DNA of 64,000 bases, from positions 12,090,001-12,154,000 of the forward strand of contig OZ024757.1 of the NCBI GenBank assembly GCA_964016885.1, read 5' to 3'. Origin of the DNA: Eledone cirrhosa. Taxonomy: Eukaryota. This document shows, piece after piece, positions 1 through 13,422 of this stretch (position 1 is the first letter of the stretch; each line of letters begins with the position of its first letter). The position numbers and the translations under genes were made by a program. The notes beneath the pieces are model-generated. The model saw nothing but the letters and a program-made list of their open reading frames with translations. It was not told where the DNA came from and did not search any database.

Positions 1-35
<35 letters not shown>

Positions 36-126
36 AGCATGATGAATGGGTAGGGGGTAGAATATGGGATGGAGCAGAGGTTAAAAGTTTAAATAGGTAC
101 TCGAAGTTTTGCGTAAAACTTATACA

Positions 127-157
<31 letters not shown>

Positions 158-289
158 ATATATATATATAATATATATATACAATATATATATATATATA
201 CAATATATATATATATATACAACATATATATATATAATATATATATATATACAATATATATATATATACAATATACATATATATCTTCT

Positions 290-795
290 ATACATACTTG
301 GCAGTATCCTGAGCAACTGTGTCAACTTTGAGCTGGACATCAACTGCAGGGTTGTAAAGGTGACTGCGGTGTTCCAATGGATGCCCTCAATTTGGTCAAA
401 CAGAGCCATCAGCTTGTATTTCAAGCTGCACTTGTACACTAGCATTGTACTTCCTAAGCCCGTCTCTGACTGTAAAAAATGGAAACACACTGTGAAGATG
501 ATAAGTATCTAAAAACTTTCCATTAAAGGAGATTCTAAAGGTCAGCTGGTGAGATCCTGTGGAGAACAGGGTCACATCCACTGCAGGAGATCATCATGGA
601 ACGTTGGTTCCATTTTGCAGGTCACATTCTGCACCTCCCAGATCACCTGTCCAAAACAGCGATGACATGGATTCCCCTTGAAGGCAAGTGGAAAAGAGGC
701 CGACCGAAGATGACCTGGTGGATCACATTCCAAAAACTGTCAACATCAGTTGGCATGGATGTCAACAAGTTGTCACCAACTGGAATCAGTTGAGA
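290..795 (+). mobile_element. Degenerate RTE-clade LINE 3' fragment
   Basis: Translates to an RTE C-terminal region: GSILSN..DINCRV.K...; WFHFAGHILHLPDHLSKTAMTWIPLEGKWKRGRPKMTW. Confidence 0.75.
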
Positions 796-1679
796 CAATT
801 ACTTAATGGTACTGGTAGTGTTTGCTGGTAAATTGTTGTAGTATACACATATGTTGTTGTTGTTGTTAATATCACCGATGCTATCGCTGCCTTCCTCTTG
901 TTGATGGTGGTGGTAGTTGAAACGGCTACTTATTCGGGCTGCCGGGCTGGTTGCTGGGGCTCGAATGCCTTCTTTAACCAAAGATGTGGGGTCGTTGTTA
1001 TTGTCGCTGTTGTTGTCGTTACCTTCCTCTTGTTAATGGTAGTGATAATTGTTGGTGCTACCTATATCGGCTGTCAAGCTGGCTGCTGTATCAGCTTCTG
1101 TGAGTGACGCTCCAATGGCCTTCTTGACCGAAGATGCAGGTCAATGGCTTTTGGCATCGTTTGGCAACTCATCGGTTTATAAAGATATTCTCTATTTTTG
1201 TTTTCGTTCTTTCTAATCCGATTCAATATCATCAATTGGAAAGACCAATGGAAACATTGTTTCATTGGTCCAATCTGATGAGTTACACTCCACTTGGTAA
1301 GAACTGAGATGAGATTATTTATTACAAAAAATCACTAAAATCAAGATACTGGGTTGGTATAACTACCTGGTTTGTATGTGTCTGTTGTGGTGTGTTGTGG
1401 TGTTTTGATGTGGTGTGTGTGTGTGCAGGGTGATGTATTGTTGTGTGTGTGTAGTGTAAACAGGAAATTTTACACACATAGGACCTAGAAGGGGTGTGTG
1501 AGGACTCTACCCCTACAGCCCTCTCTGAAATAAATGGATGAAGAAAAAGAGAAGAAAGTTGTAAAGTATTTTCAAATGTGAATTATTTTTTAAATGTCAT
1601 AATTTGAACTGTCATGAAAGTACAACCCAACAAATATTAAAGTTATAAAATTGGTTTTATTAACACATAAACTGTTACT

Positions 1680-1812
1680 GTTTTGTATCAACCTTGAAAG
1701 GATGAAAGTCAAAGTTGACCATTGCATGATTTAAACCCAGAACATAAAGGACTGTAACTTTATGACACAAAGCATATCGCCTGACACTCTACTGATTCTG
1801 CAAATCCACCAC
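1680..1812 (-). mobile_element. tRNA-derived CORE-type SINE fragment (octopus OR2-like)
   Basis: gaaaggatgaaagtcaaagttgacc...tctactgattctgcaaatcc matches the copies at 6099, 12050, 16805 and 20555. Confidence 0.65.
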
Positions 1813-1984
1813 CCTCAACAATGAAATGAGACTGTGTCTCTGTAAGAGCCCTTAATGACAATTAATATGAAGGGGTACTTTCTACAGGGTGTATTTGTTA
1901 ATTAAAATACAAAACCTCTGAGAATGATTTCCAACATATTTCAACATAATAAATGTTCATCTATATATATTAACATTATTATTA

Positions 1985-2433
1985 TTTTCTGCTACCATGT
2001 ATAGTGTGCATAGTTATATTATATGCAGGTATATATACATGTAGATAAGATACATCAAATAAAATCATAATTGACAATATATAATACATAGAAATTGAAC
2101 GAAGACTGTGTTACACTGTCTTATGTAATCAGTAACGTGATACATTAAAAAAGACGATATTATATATAAACTGCATTAGGAGAAAATTAGTGACGGAAAT
2201 ATATGAATGTTTATTGAAGTGATGGCCAACCGGAAGTGTTGACATTTCAGAAATTTTAAAGAAGTGAATCTGAAATAAACAAAATATATTTCATCAACAG
2301 CCACGAAATTTAGTAAATAAATTATGTAATATTCATTCATTATTTATTCAAAGTAATGCAACTTATTTTACTAATGGAATAAAAAAATTATAAACCGTAC
2401 AGTCCCGCGCTCCTTACCTTTTTATAGTTTAGA
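1985..2433 (-). mobile_element. Non-autonomous Helitron (3' end eroded)
   Basis: 5' TCTAAACTATAAA on the minus strand; homologous to the complete copy at 5457-5939; absent from the B-type duplicons. Confidence 0.7.
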
Positions 2434-2880
2434 TTTATTAGGTCAGGTGGATTGGCCAGAACAATTCTACTCTTCTTTGTTAGATATCACGATCTTCCAT
2501 GGCATTCCTGAGATCATTTATCTCCAGCTGGACATCCTGAGACATCTGATCTATGTAGGTCAATCTCAGTCATCCCACTAGGGTCTCACAATGTTTAGGT
2601 CTCCACCACAATAGCCAGCTCATCCTACCCTCAGTAGCAATGTCCAGCATATCTTGTCCTCCACTCCCTAGTTATTGTGGTTATCTTTGATATATGTCAG
2701 TATATTTCTTCCCTTTGAGGAATGTATTAAAAAATAAAAATAATAAAAAATATATATATATACACACACACACAAAATATATGTTGAGATGTATAAGATT
2801 TCTCAAGCTTCACATTTTATATTCTGCCTTCCAAAGTGTGTCTATATATATGTGTTTTTCACATTTCACATTGATGGGGT

Positions 2881-3462
2881 TTACCGCAAGTGTTGACTAC
2901 GTAGGTGAACAACCAATGACGAATTCTCAGTGAAAGATTTCCAACATATTTCACATGAATAAGGTTTTACCCCAGTATGTATTCTTTTGTGCCGTACAAG
3001 ATGATAACTCCGAGAAAAAGATTTCCCACATATTTCACAATGGAAGGGTTTTACACCCGTGTGAATTCTTTTGTGACGTACAAGATTTGAACTACAAGAA
3101 AATGATTTCCCACATATTTCACAATGGAAGGGTTTTCCACCAGTGTGTGTTCTTTTGTGAGGTTCAAGATGAGAACTCTGAGAAAAAGATTTCCCACATA
3201 TTTCACAATGGAAGTGTTTTTCACCAGTGTGTGTTCTTTTGTGAGGTTCAAGATGAGAACTCTGAGAAATAGATTTCCCACATATTTCACAATGGAAGGG
3301 GTTTTCTCCAGTGTGACTCTGTATGTGGACGACAAGATTAGAATTATCAGTAAAAGACTTCCCACATATCTCACAATGGAAGAGTTTTTCTCTACTGTGT
3401 ATTTCCTCGTGTGAGGATAGTTTCAGTTTTGAAGAGAAAGTTTTCCTGCAAATATCACACAT
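2881..3462 (-). CDS. C2H2 zinc-finger protein, 7 tandem fingers (copy A1)
   Basis: 193-aa ORF of CxxC..HxxxH repeats with TGEKP-like linkers; the most intact of four paralogues. Confidence 0.85.
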   Translation of the reverse strand: MCDICRKTFSSKLKLSSHEEIHSREKLFHCEICGKSFTDNSNLVVHIQSHTGENPFHCEICGKSISQSSHLEPHKRTHTGEKHFHCEICGKSFSQSSHLEPHKRTHTGGKPFHCEICGKSFSCSSNLVRHKRIHTGVKPFHCEICGKSFSRSYHLVRHKRIHTGVKPYSCEICWKSFTENSSLVVHLRSQHLR

Positions 3463-3588
3463 TCAGACATATTTCATAAAGGAATCTCACCACTTCCACT
3501 CATATATTAAGAAATGTAGCATTCAGTTGGTAAAGTAATAAGATGTATGAAAGCGTAAGACTGATCTTGGAAGAAGAAAAAGCAAGTG

Positions 3589-3662
<74 letters not shown>

Positions 3663-3994
3663 ATACAATAACAGAGAAAGCTTTAAGCTAAACTCCGACT
3701 TGTAACCATCTCACTCAACAAACATTAGGATATACGTTAGTATAATCCCAATTTTGTGTTTGGAGTGCTAACTATATGTATTTTGTGGAAACCCAGTTGT
3801 ATTATTTTATATGAGATATAATTAAAATTAAAATATATCTCTCTTTCCAAACAATTGTTTCATGATAAGTTTCCTACAAGCTGGGAGAATGTTTCCAGTT
3901 TATGTAGAAGTTTGACATATTTTCCTGTAAGAATATATGTAGGTGGGCACTTATAAATCATCAGTGGATGCCCATTAAACTTTGATATGAGAAA

Positions 3995-4175
3995 AAATTT
4001 CTTACCGCAGTTATTTTTTGTGTCCGCTAAGTCATCCCTTCACGCATCGAATGACCGCCAAATTTGAAATTCCAGCAGTCTTTAGACTGAGGAAATATCA
4101 TAGCGTCACGAAGCGGAAAAGGGAGACAATCGCGAGTCACGAGAAAAGTAAAATAATATACACGTGGGTTAATTA
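3995..4175 (-). promoter_or_regulatory. Candidate promoter / non-coding first exon of ZNF A1
   Basis: Local CpG enrichment; minus-strand donor CTGCG|GTAAGA (~4005); TTTCAAA-TTTGGCGG (CHR/E2F-like, 4055-4069); TTTTCCGC; CACGTG. Confidence 0.4.
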
Positions 4176-4397
4176 TTTTTTTCAAAAACATTATCAATCC
4201 TGCGTGTTAAGAACTCAATTAATTTAAAAAAAATAAATGTATGCATGTATTAATTACACACGCATATAGATATTTTCTTAGGCTAAAAACAGAGAAGTGA
4301 TACCTAAATAACAAACAATATCTCATAACAGTAATAAATACGGAAAGTTACGTTTATAAGGCATCTGGAAATATAAATCTCTGGCCAAATCAAGAGT

Positions 4398-4457
<60 letters not shown>

Positions 4458-5456
4458 GTGTGTGTGTGTATCTTTTATTTTTGTTAAAGTGAGAGAAGCT
4501 CTATTCACAATAAAATCCTCAGCTCATAAAACAGATGAATAAGACTTCTATAGTTAAGGTACTTGTTATTGAGGACAGTTCAGGTCAGAAGAGAATTAAT
4601 ATCCATAATTTCAAAAGATGAAGGTTAATAAATATACATATATATATATATATATACAGACATACAGTGTGTAGGTATGAGAGAGAGAAATAAATAGACG
4701 TGTGTGTGTAGAAATATGTGTGTAGGTGTTGTAATAAATCAAGATATTTCACTTCAGATAGAAAAGTTCACAATGTTTGTGTTGTGGTGGAAAACGAAAT
4801 AATACGTACTTTAGTTATCAAGACCAAATATAAAGTCAAGAAAAGTTAGTAAAAACTAAATGTTCACTGATTTCTGATTAAAATAATATTTTCCTGTCCT
4901 GTAAAATGTTGAACAACCACTTCAATATTTAATAATACAGGTGATAAAACAACAACTATAAGGTAAATAAGACACCTTATGTTATTTACAAATATTAACG
5001 TCCACCTTAATATGAAATAATCACCATAAAAGATAAAATTAAATGAGGTTTAAGTTGTAACAATGGAGCTGATATAAATGGTAATATTTCACTGTCTAGT
5101 TGACACCGGTGTCATGATTTAAATGTCCCCTACATAATTTAATACATTCAGAAACAACTTCCGTTATATTACTTCACACCTTCAATAGATATGCTAGTTC
5201 TTTATTCAGATTTGTATAAATAACATTATTAATTTTACATAACTGTTCATATTAAAACAAAACACAATATTAAAGGTAATTAAATATTTAAGAAATGGAT
5301 ATGTAACGAAGTATTCTGTTAAACATAAATGTGGATATAAGTTGTAACTATGGAGCCATTGTAGATAACTTTCCACTGTCTAGTTGACACCGGTGTCATG
5401 ACTTAAAAGTCCCCTACATAATTTAATACATTCAGAAACAACTTCCGTTATATGAA

Positions 5457-5939
5457 CTAGCAGAAAAACCACCTTCGAGTGGTTTTCTGCTAGCATGTGT
5501 AGTGTGTATATTGATATTATACACAAGTATATATACATGTAGATATGATACATCAAATAAAATCGTAATTGACAATATATAATACACAGGAATTGAACGA
5601 AGACTGTGTTACACTGTCTTATGTAATCAGTAACGTAATCCATGATACATTAAAAAAGACGATATTGTATATAAACTGCATTAGATGAAAATTAGTGACA
5701 GAAAATTAGTATGTTTATTGAAGCGATGGCCAACTGTAAGTGTTGACATTTCAGAAATTTTAAAGAAGTGAATCTTTAAACATACAAAATATATTTAATC
5801 AACAGCCACGAAATTTAGTAGATAAATTATGTAATATTCATTCATTATTTATTCAAAGTAATCCAACTTATGTTACTAATGGGATAAACAATTATAAACC
5901 GTACGCAGTCCCGCGATCCTCCTTTTATTATAGTTTAGA
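5457..5939 (-). mobile_element. Complete non-autonomous Helitron (~480 bp)
   Basis: A|TC 5' end, subterminal hairpin ccactcgaaggtgg, CTAG|T 3' end, no TSD; the paralogous empty site lies at ~5090-5300. Confidence 0.85.
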
Positions 5940-6098
5940 TTCATACATTCAATAGAAATGCTAGTAATTTATTCAGATTTGAATAAATAACGTTATTAAT
6001 TTTATATAACTGTTCATATTAAACCAAAACACATTATTAAAGGTAATAAAATATTTAAGTAATGGAAAAAAAAAACGAATCAAACAACGAAAATAAGT

Positions 6099-6279
6099 GT
6101 TTCTACTTTTGGCACAAGGCCAGCAATTATTCTAGTGTATTACTGGTACTTTATTTTATCGACCTCGTAAGGATGAAAGGCAAAGTTAACCCTGGCGGGA
6201 TTTGAACTCAGATGGTGAGGGAGGTAACTCTATGCTACAAAGCTTGGCGTCCGACGCTCTACCGATACTGCCAATCCAA
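6099..6279 (-). mobile_element. tRNA-derived CORE-type SINE (OR2-like)
   Basis: Minus strand: A-box TGGCAGTATCGG, B-box GAGTTCAAATCC, then gcctttcatcc..gaggtcgataaaataaagtaccag. Confidence 0.75.
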
Positions 6280-7042
6280 CGAAAATTATGGGAGAGGGAC
6301 AGACTTTCTATTTCAGTCTGAGCTGTGATTCAGCCCCACCCTACAGACAAAATGGCAAAGGTGTTACCACAGAGAATAGCCAGAGACACCCACTACAACA
6401 TCCACCCCACCTCATGCGACTACTTCCTCAAATGGGCTGCTGTGTTTCTAATTTTGAGAAGGAAATCAGCAGTGTGGGGACAAAGAGGAAGTGGTGAGTC
6501 AGGCCCCGGTATTTAACAATCTTCCTCTTCTCTCTATTGCAGGTAGTAAAGCCTGGGTTTGTGGCTGAAGTGAAAATGTTGGAAGCAGAGAATGATCCAA
6601 CCCATGCTAAACCTCCAACTAAAGCTGATACTTGTCTTTTTCAGCCATGGAGGTTAGAGATATGTGGAATGATGTGTCTTGCTTAAGGACACAATGTACC
6701 TCCCTAACTGATATTACCATATGTTGTATGACTTTACTATAAAATATATATGTGTTTGTATACATATATATAGTATATATTTGTGTGTATACATTGTCTC
6801 ATTCCATGAGAGTAACTTGGTCAGTCTATGAACTCCTCATCCGACCCTTCTATATGTATATACATGTTTGTCAGTGTGTGTGTACATATGTATATAGAAT
6901 ATTGTCACAACTACTATATACACCACATATACACTATATATAATATTGTCCAACATATATAGACTATATGTCATGTTGTCCAAGGGAAAGGCTGATATAG
7001 ATCGGCACCAGTGACATTACAACTATTATATACACTATATAT

Positions 7043-9830
7043 CATCATCATCATTATCATTTAACGTCTATCTTCCACGCTAGCATGGGTTAGACGAGAA
7101 TTGTCCCACTTGAGGCAAGATTGATCAGGTGACCGTGTCTCACTCGTAAACTGTATCTGGCAGGTTTTCTATGGCTGGATGCCCTTCCTATCACCAACCA
7201 CATTTCCAGTGTGGACTGGGAGCCTTTTCGTGATGACACCTACACTACCTCTTTAGTTTGGACTGGATGTTGTGGTACCAACATAACTTTACAGAGACAG
7301 GGTGGTGTTGGTGGGAGTGGATGGATGGAGTAGTGGGTAGTGGGTTCGGGTGTATATTTGGTTAGGAGGGGCTTACTGACTGTAGGTTAACTTTGCACGT
7401 AGGGAAGGCAGGTCTTCTCTGTTACTGTGTGGTGCCATAGATCTCGATCCAGTGACATTGTCTAAGAGAGGTGTAAGTGTGCAAGGTTGGATTTTATGTC
7501 GTCCCAGGTTTTTCTGAGTCTACCTACTCCATAACTTCCATCAATGTTGATCACCCTGCACATTATTATAAAGATGTCATCTTTCATGCGCATCACATGA
7601 CCATACCAACGTAATCCTCTCTCAAGTAAACAGAATCTGATCCCTCTTATTCCTAATTCTCACTTAGTTCGTTTATGTCTTGCCGTTCGTGTATATTACA
7701 ATTACACGTCCAACGGAGCATGCATGCCTCATTCCTTTCCAATCTGTGCAGGTCCTCTGCACACAATGCCCATGTCTCACTGCCATGTAACATTGCTGTT
7801 CGTATGCACGCATCATACAATCTGCCTTTCATTTTTAAAGAGAACTGTTTGTGTCTAGCAGCGGTATTAGCTCTCTGAGCTTTTTCCATCCCGTTCTAAC
7901 TCTGGCTACTACACTTTAAGAGCACCCTCCACCACTGCTGATATTGTCACCCAGGCAACGGAAAGTGTCCACTATTTCTATAGAACCATCTGGGCAGTAG
8001 AAGGTGCTAGTATCCTGTGGGTACTTGCTGCTTATTTCTCATGAGCATCAGCCCCATATAATATCTACATTCTTAGATAGCTTACCTGTGATTCACTACA
8101 TATTTGATGTACCCATAGAATGAAATTTCTACCTACTCATTTCCTACACACTGAGCATGGCACCAGTGCCCTGTTTTCTTTTCTACATACTAGACCTTTA
8201 ATCTTAGACAAGTTAACTTTAAGGCCTTTTGATTCAAGGCCATGCCTCCATTTTTTGAATTTCTTCTGTTGTTCAGCCATAGATTTGGCTAGGAGAATTA
8301 GATCATCTGCATATAGAAGTTTCCATGGGCAGCTGGTCTTAAACCCCTCTGTTATAGCCTGAAGGGCAATAATAAACAAGAGGAAGCTAAGGATGGAGCC
8401 TTGCTGAACACCTACTTTTACACTAAATTTTTCACTATATTCATTGTTAATTCTAACCTTACTGACTGTTTCTATATACATGACTTGTATAGCTCTCACA
8501 AGCCATTCATCTACTCCTACATTTCTAAGGGCCCACCAGATAATGGAGCGGGGGACTCTGTCAAAGGCTTTCTCCAGGTGTACAAAAGCTAAGTAGAGGG
8601 GTTTACTTTTAGCTAGGTACTTCTCCTGTAGTTGCTGTACAAGGAAAATAGCATCTGTGGTACTTTTACCTGGAATGAACCCAAACTGCATTTCATCTAG
8701 ATCTATTTGGTCTCTGATTAGTTGTGCAATAACTGTTTCTGTGACCTTCATGACCTGGTCAACTACCTTAATGCCTCTATAGTTTCCATTATCTAGGGCA
8801 TCTCCTTTACCCTTGTAGCAGTTAACTATGATGCTGCTACGCCAGTCATTTGGTATGACCCCATTCTGTATTACTTGGTTTACTATCTGGGTGACCATAG
8901 TATGTTCCACCATTCCAGATGCCTTCAACATCTCAACAACTATCTCCGAAGGCCCAGCTGCCTTGCCCGTCTTCATATCTTTGATTGCCTTACTTACTAT
9001 ACTACCATTAACTTGCACTGCTGGTCCCTCTATTGGATCGATTTGGGGCAGACTATCTTTTTTCTATATATTCTCCTCATTAATAGTCTCTCGTAGTGAC
9101 ACTTCCAAGCTACATTCTTATCAGTATCAGTGAGGGCAAGTACACCATCATCATTACGGACATACTTCTCCCAGACAATATCACGGTTTTCCTTCACACT
9201 TTATTTTGCGATCCTGAACACCTCATGCTTGAACTTTCTATTCTCTGCTTCCCTTCTTGCAAAATACAATTGTCTCCTAGCCACCTAATAGTGTTCTCTA
9301 CTTTCCCCATCCCACAATAATTTCCAAGCCTGACTGTCTCCTCCACCTCCAAGTTACTCTCCTCCTGCCTATAGGTCTGCTCCAGCAACAGATTTCATGT
9401 CGCCTTCAGCAGGTTAACTTTCAAGAATACCCACTGTTCCTCTATATTGTATGTCTCTAATTGCTCTTCATTACTGTCAAAAGCATTAACTAATATGCTT
9501 TTAAATTTGTTACTGGCTGTGCGGGTCCTTCAACTTCCATTTTCTTTTCAAGTTAGTCCTCCTCTGTCGTCGAGTACGTCTAGTCCTGACTATGAGGTCA
9601 CTAACTACTAGGCTATGTTGGGAGGTGCATTCTTCACAGAGGAGGGACTTAGTGTTTACAACAGACACTATCACACCTTCTAGTAAGGATATAATCTATC
9701 TGGCGGGCGTGTTCCCCTGATCTACAGGTGACCAAGTGATTGTCTCGTTTTTTGAAGTTTGTGTTATAGATAGTTAGGTTATTAACGTCATTTCCATCCA
9801 GAAAAGTCTATAGCATCGTTTTTTACCCAC
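7043..9830 (-). mobile_element. RTE-clade LINE, degraded (APE remnant + RT + 3' UTR + (GAT)n tail)
   Basis: ORF 8137-9018 with KAAGP, YKGKGD, QFGFIPG, AFDRV, GVQQGS, LLYADD; MLHGSETW downstream; (ATC)n at 7043. Confidence 0.92.
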
Positions 9831-9892
9831 AATGAATCCAGCAGACCCACCCCTGCACCTAGTCTCTAGAACACACACATATATATATATAC

Positions 9893-11107
9893 CTTGACTT
9901 TGCGAAAGCTTTCAATTCTGTGCCACACAAAAGACTTATGGCAAAACTCTCTGCAATGGGTGTGAAGGGTGATCTTTTTAACTGGTTGAAGTCCTTCATT
10001 CTCAGTCGAAGAGAGGTAGTCACAGTTCTGGGACAGCATTCCTCACCATGAGATGTCATCTGGTGTACTACAGGGATCTGTTCTTGGCCCCCTTTTGCTT
10101 GTGGCATATATTAATGACATAGATGCCAACTTAAAGAATGCCACAGTACTAAAGTACGCAGACGACATCAAGCTGAACCTTGAGATAAAAAGGACAGATC
10201 CTGAACACTATAGATCCTGCTTGCAGCCTGACCTGGACACAATGCAACAATGGATCTCAGACTGGCAACTCAAGCTAGCTGTGGTCAAGTGCACCACCAT
10301 GCATTTTGGGAGTAAAAACCCAGTGTTCACATACTCCCTCCACAGCAGTAATATCAAGAAGTCTTCTTTTGAACGTGGCCTGGGCATTACGGTCAGCAGC
10401 GATTTACATTGGACAAAGCACGTCTCTAAAATTATCAAGAGGGCTGAGGGTGTCTTAGCATCACTCAGCAAGACCTTTGTCAGCGGCCCTCCAGATATCT
10501 ATTTAAGGTTGTACATGGCTATGGTGCGGCCACACTTAGAATTTGCATCATCAGTCTCGAACCCCTATCTTGCTCAGAACATTGACTGCCTGGAAACTGT
10601 TCAGAGACGTGCAACCAAGCGAATACCCTCTATCAGGCATCTACCATACTCTGAACGCCTTGCTTCCCTGGGCATGGATACATTGAAGCTCCGACGCCTG
10701 GCAGCTGACTTGGTAAACACCCACAAAATTGTTAACCATCTTGCCAACAACAACCCTGAGTACCTTTTTGATTTCCATGTGTCTAACACATGTGGGCATG
10801 CCCACAAGGTCAGAAAACAGCACAGTTCCCTTGACTTTCGGAAACAGTTTTTTACACTCAGAGTTGTTGAAGCATGGAACAAACTACCTGGATCAGTTGT
10901 TAGCTGTCGAGACACTGCATCCTTTAAAACCTCCATGTTTCCCGAGATTCGCCAACACTACACCTAATGTTCCCCCTCCATACACATAGACACATGTATA
11001 TCATGACTCATACACTATTCACTTCCCTGACATTCGTGTATTATTCTATGTACTATACATGCACCTTTGACGAGTTGTAGTGCACCTGAGCACTGTACAC
11101 AATAATT

Positions 11108-11137
<30 letters not shown>
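9893..11137 (+). mobile_element. CR1-clade LINE, 5'-truncated
   Basis: LDFAKAFNSVPH, SGVLQGSVLGPLL, KYADD, VRPHLEFAS, QRRATK, FFTLRVVEAWN; (ATT)n tail. Confidence 0.92.
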
Positions 11138-11144
<7 letters not shown>

Positions 11145-11904
11145 GATTTCTATATATCTATACATTGACCAAAGGGATGGCTGAAACAGGTTGACACCAA
11201 TGATGTCACAGCTCATCATTTAATGTCCAATCTGATGAGTTCCACTCCAGTTGCTAAGGACTGGGATGTTGAGATTTGTTACAAAAATATCACTAAAACC
11301 AAGATACTGGGTTGGTATAACTACCTGGTTTGTATGTGTTGTGGTGTGGTGCAGTATGTGTTGGATGTGGTGTGGTGTGGCATGATGTATGTCTGTTGTG
11401 TGGGATGGGGTGTGTATTGTGGTGTTTTGATGTGGTGTGTGTGCAGAATGATGTGTTGTTGTGTGAGTGTAGTGTATAGAGGAAATTTTACAAACATAGG
11501 ACCGATAAGGGGTGTGTGAGGACTCTACACCCTACAACCTTCTCAGGAATAAATGGGTGAAGAAAAAGAGAAGTATTTTCAAATGTGAATTATATTTTTA
11601 AAAAGTCAAAATTTCAACTGTCATGAAAGTACCATCCAACAAATATTAAAGTTATGCAATTGTTTTTATTTACACAAAAATGTGGATATTTTGTCACAAA
11701 TATGAACCAGTTAAGGTTTACAAAATAAACACATAAATCTTTTGTTTTTAAATGATGTAGTCATAGGGGTGTCACTGTGGACATTTGAAGCTTGGTGGAG
11801 CCCTTCACTCTCCAGGTTTGAACAGTTTATTTCTTCTAGAGAAGGAGAGAGAATGAGAGAGAAAAGAAGTGAGAAAGAAATATAGAGAGGAAGAACAGAC
11901 CACA

Positions 11905-12265
11905 GTGGTAGACTGGTATTGTTTTTTATCAACATTGAATGGATGAAAGGCAAAGTTGACCTCAGCAGAATTTAAACCCAGAGAGCAGAGAACCAGAACA
12001 AATATGGCAGAAAGCATTCTATCTATTGTTTATAGACTTTAAATAAATGTTTCTACTTTTAACTCAAGGCCAGTAATTGTAAGGGAAGGAGAAAGTTGAT
12101 TAAATTAGCCCCAGTGCATTACTGGTACTTTATTTTACTGAACCTGTGAGGAAGAAAAGTAAAGCTAACCTCAGCAGGATTTTAACACATAATCTAAAGG
12201 GCTGTAACTATATGACACAAAGCATATCGTCTGACACTCTACTGATTCTGCCAATCCACCACTCT
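11905..12265 (-). mobile_element. Two adjacent CORE-type SINE copies
   Basis: ggatgaaaggcaaagttgacctcagcagaatttaaaccc at ~11940 and a second copy at 12050-12265; mirrored at 20555-20915. Confidence 0.7.
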
Positions 12266-12789
12266 CAACAATGAGGTGTCTCTATAAGAAACCTTAATGA
12301 CAAATAATATGAAGTGGAAGTTTCTACAGAGTGTATTTGTGGATTACAATACAAACCCTCTGAGAATGATTTCTAACATATTTCACCATAATAAATGTTC
12401 ATTAATATATATTATTATACTTATTATTTATTAGGTCAGGTGGATTGGCCAGAACAATTCTACTCTCCTTTTTTAGATGTCACAATATTCCATGGCATTC
12501 CTGAGATCATTAATCTCCAGCTGGACATCCAGAGACATCTGAACTATGTAGGTCAATCTCGGTCATCCCACTAGGGTCTTACTATGTTTAGCTATCCACC
12601 ACAGGAGCCAGCTCATCAGGTCATCCTACCCTCAGTAGCAATGTCCAGCATATATTGTCCTCCGCTCCCTAGTTATTGTGGTAATCTTTGATATATGTCA
12701 GTATATTTATTCCACATGAGTGAGGTATATATACATATATATATATAGTGAAAGAATGAAGAGTAACATGGTTGGCTGTACAACATTTA

Positions 12790-13422
<633 letters not shown>

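Noticed and set aside
1251-1310. GAAAC..GTC..CTGATGAG in the ZNF duplicon as a hammerhead
   Set aside because: No consistent stem I or stem II, and no correctly placed GAAA; the upstream part is absent in B copies.
2955-3538. Alternative-frame and antisense ORFs over the ZNF arrays
   Set aside because: By-products of the 84-bp finger periodicity.
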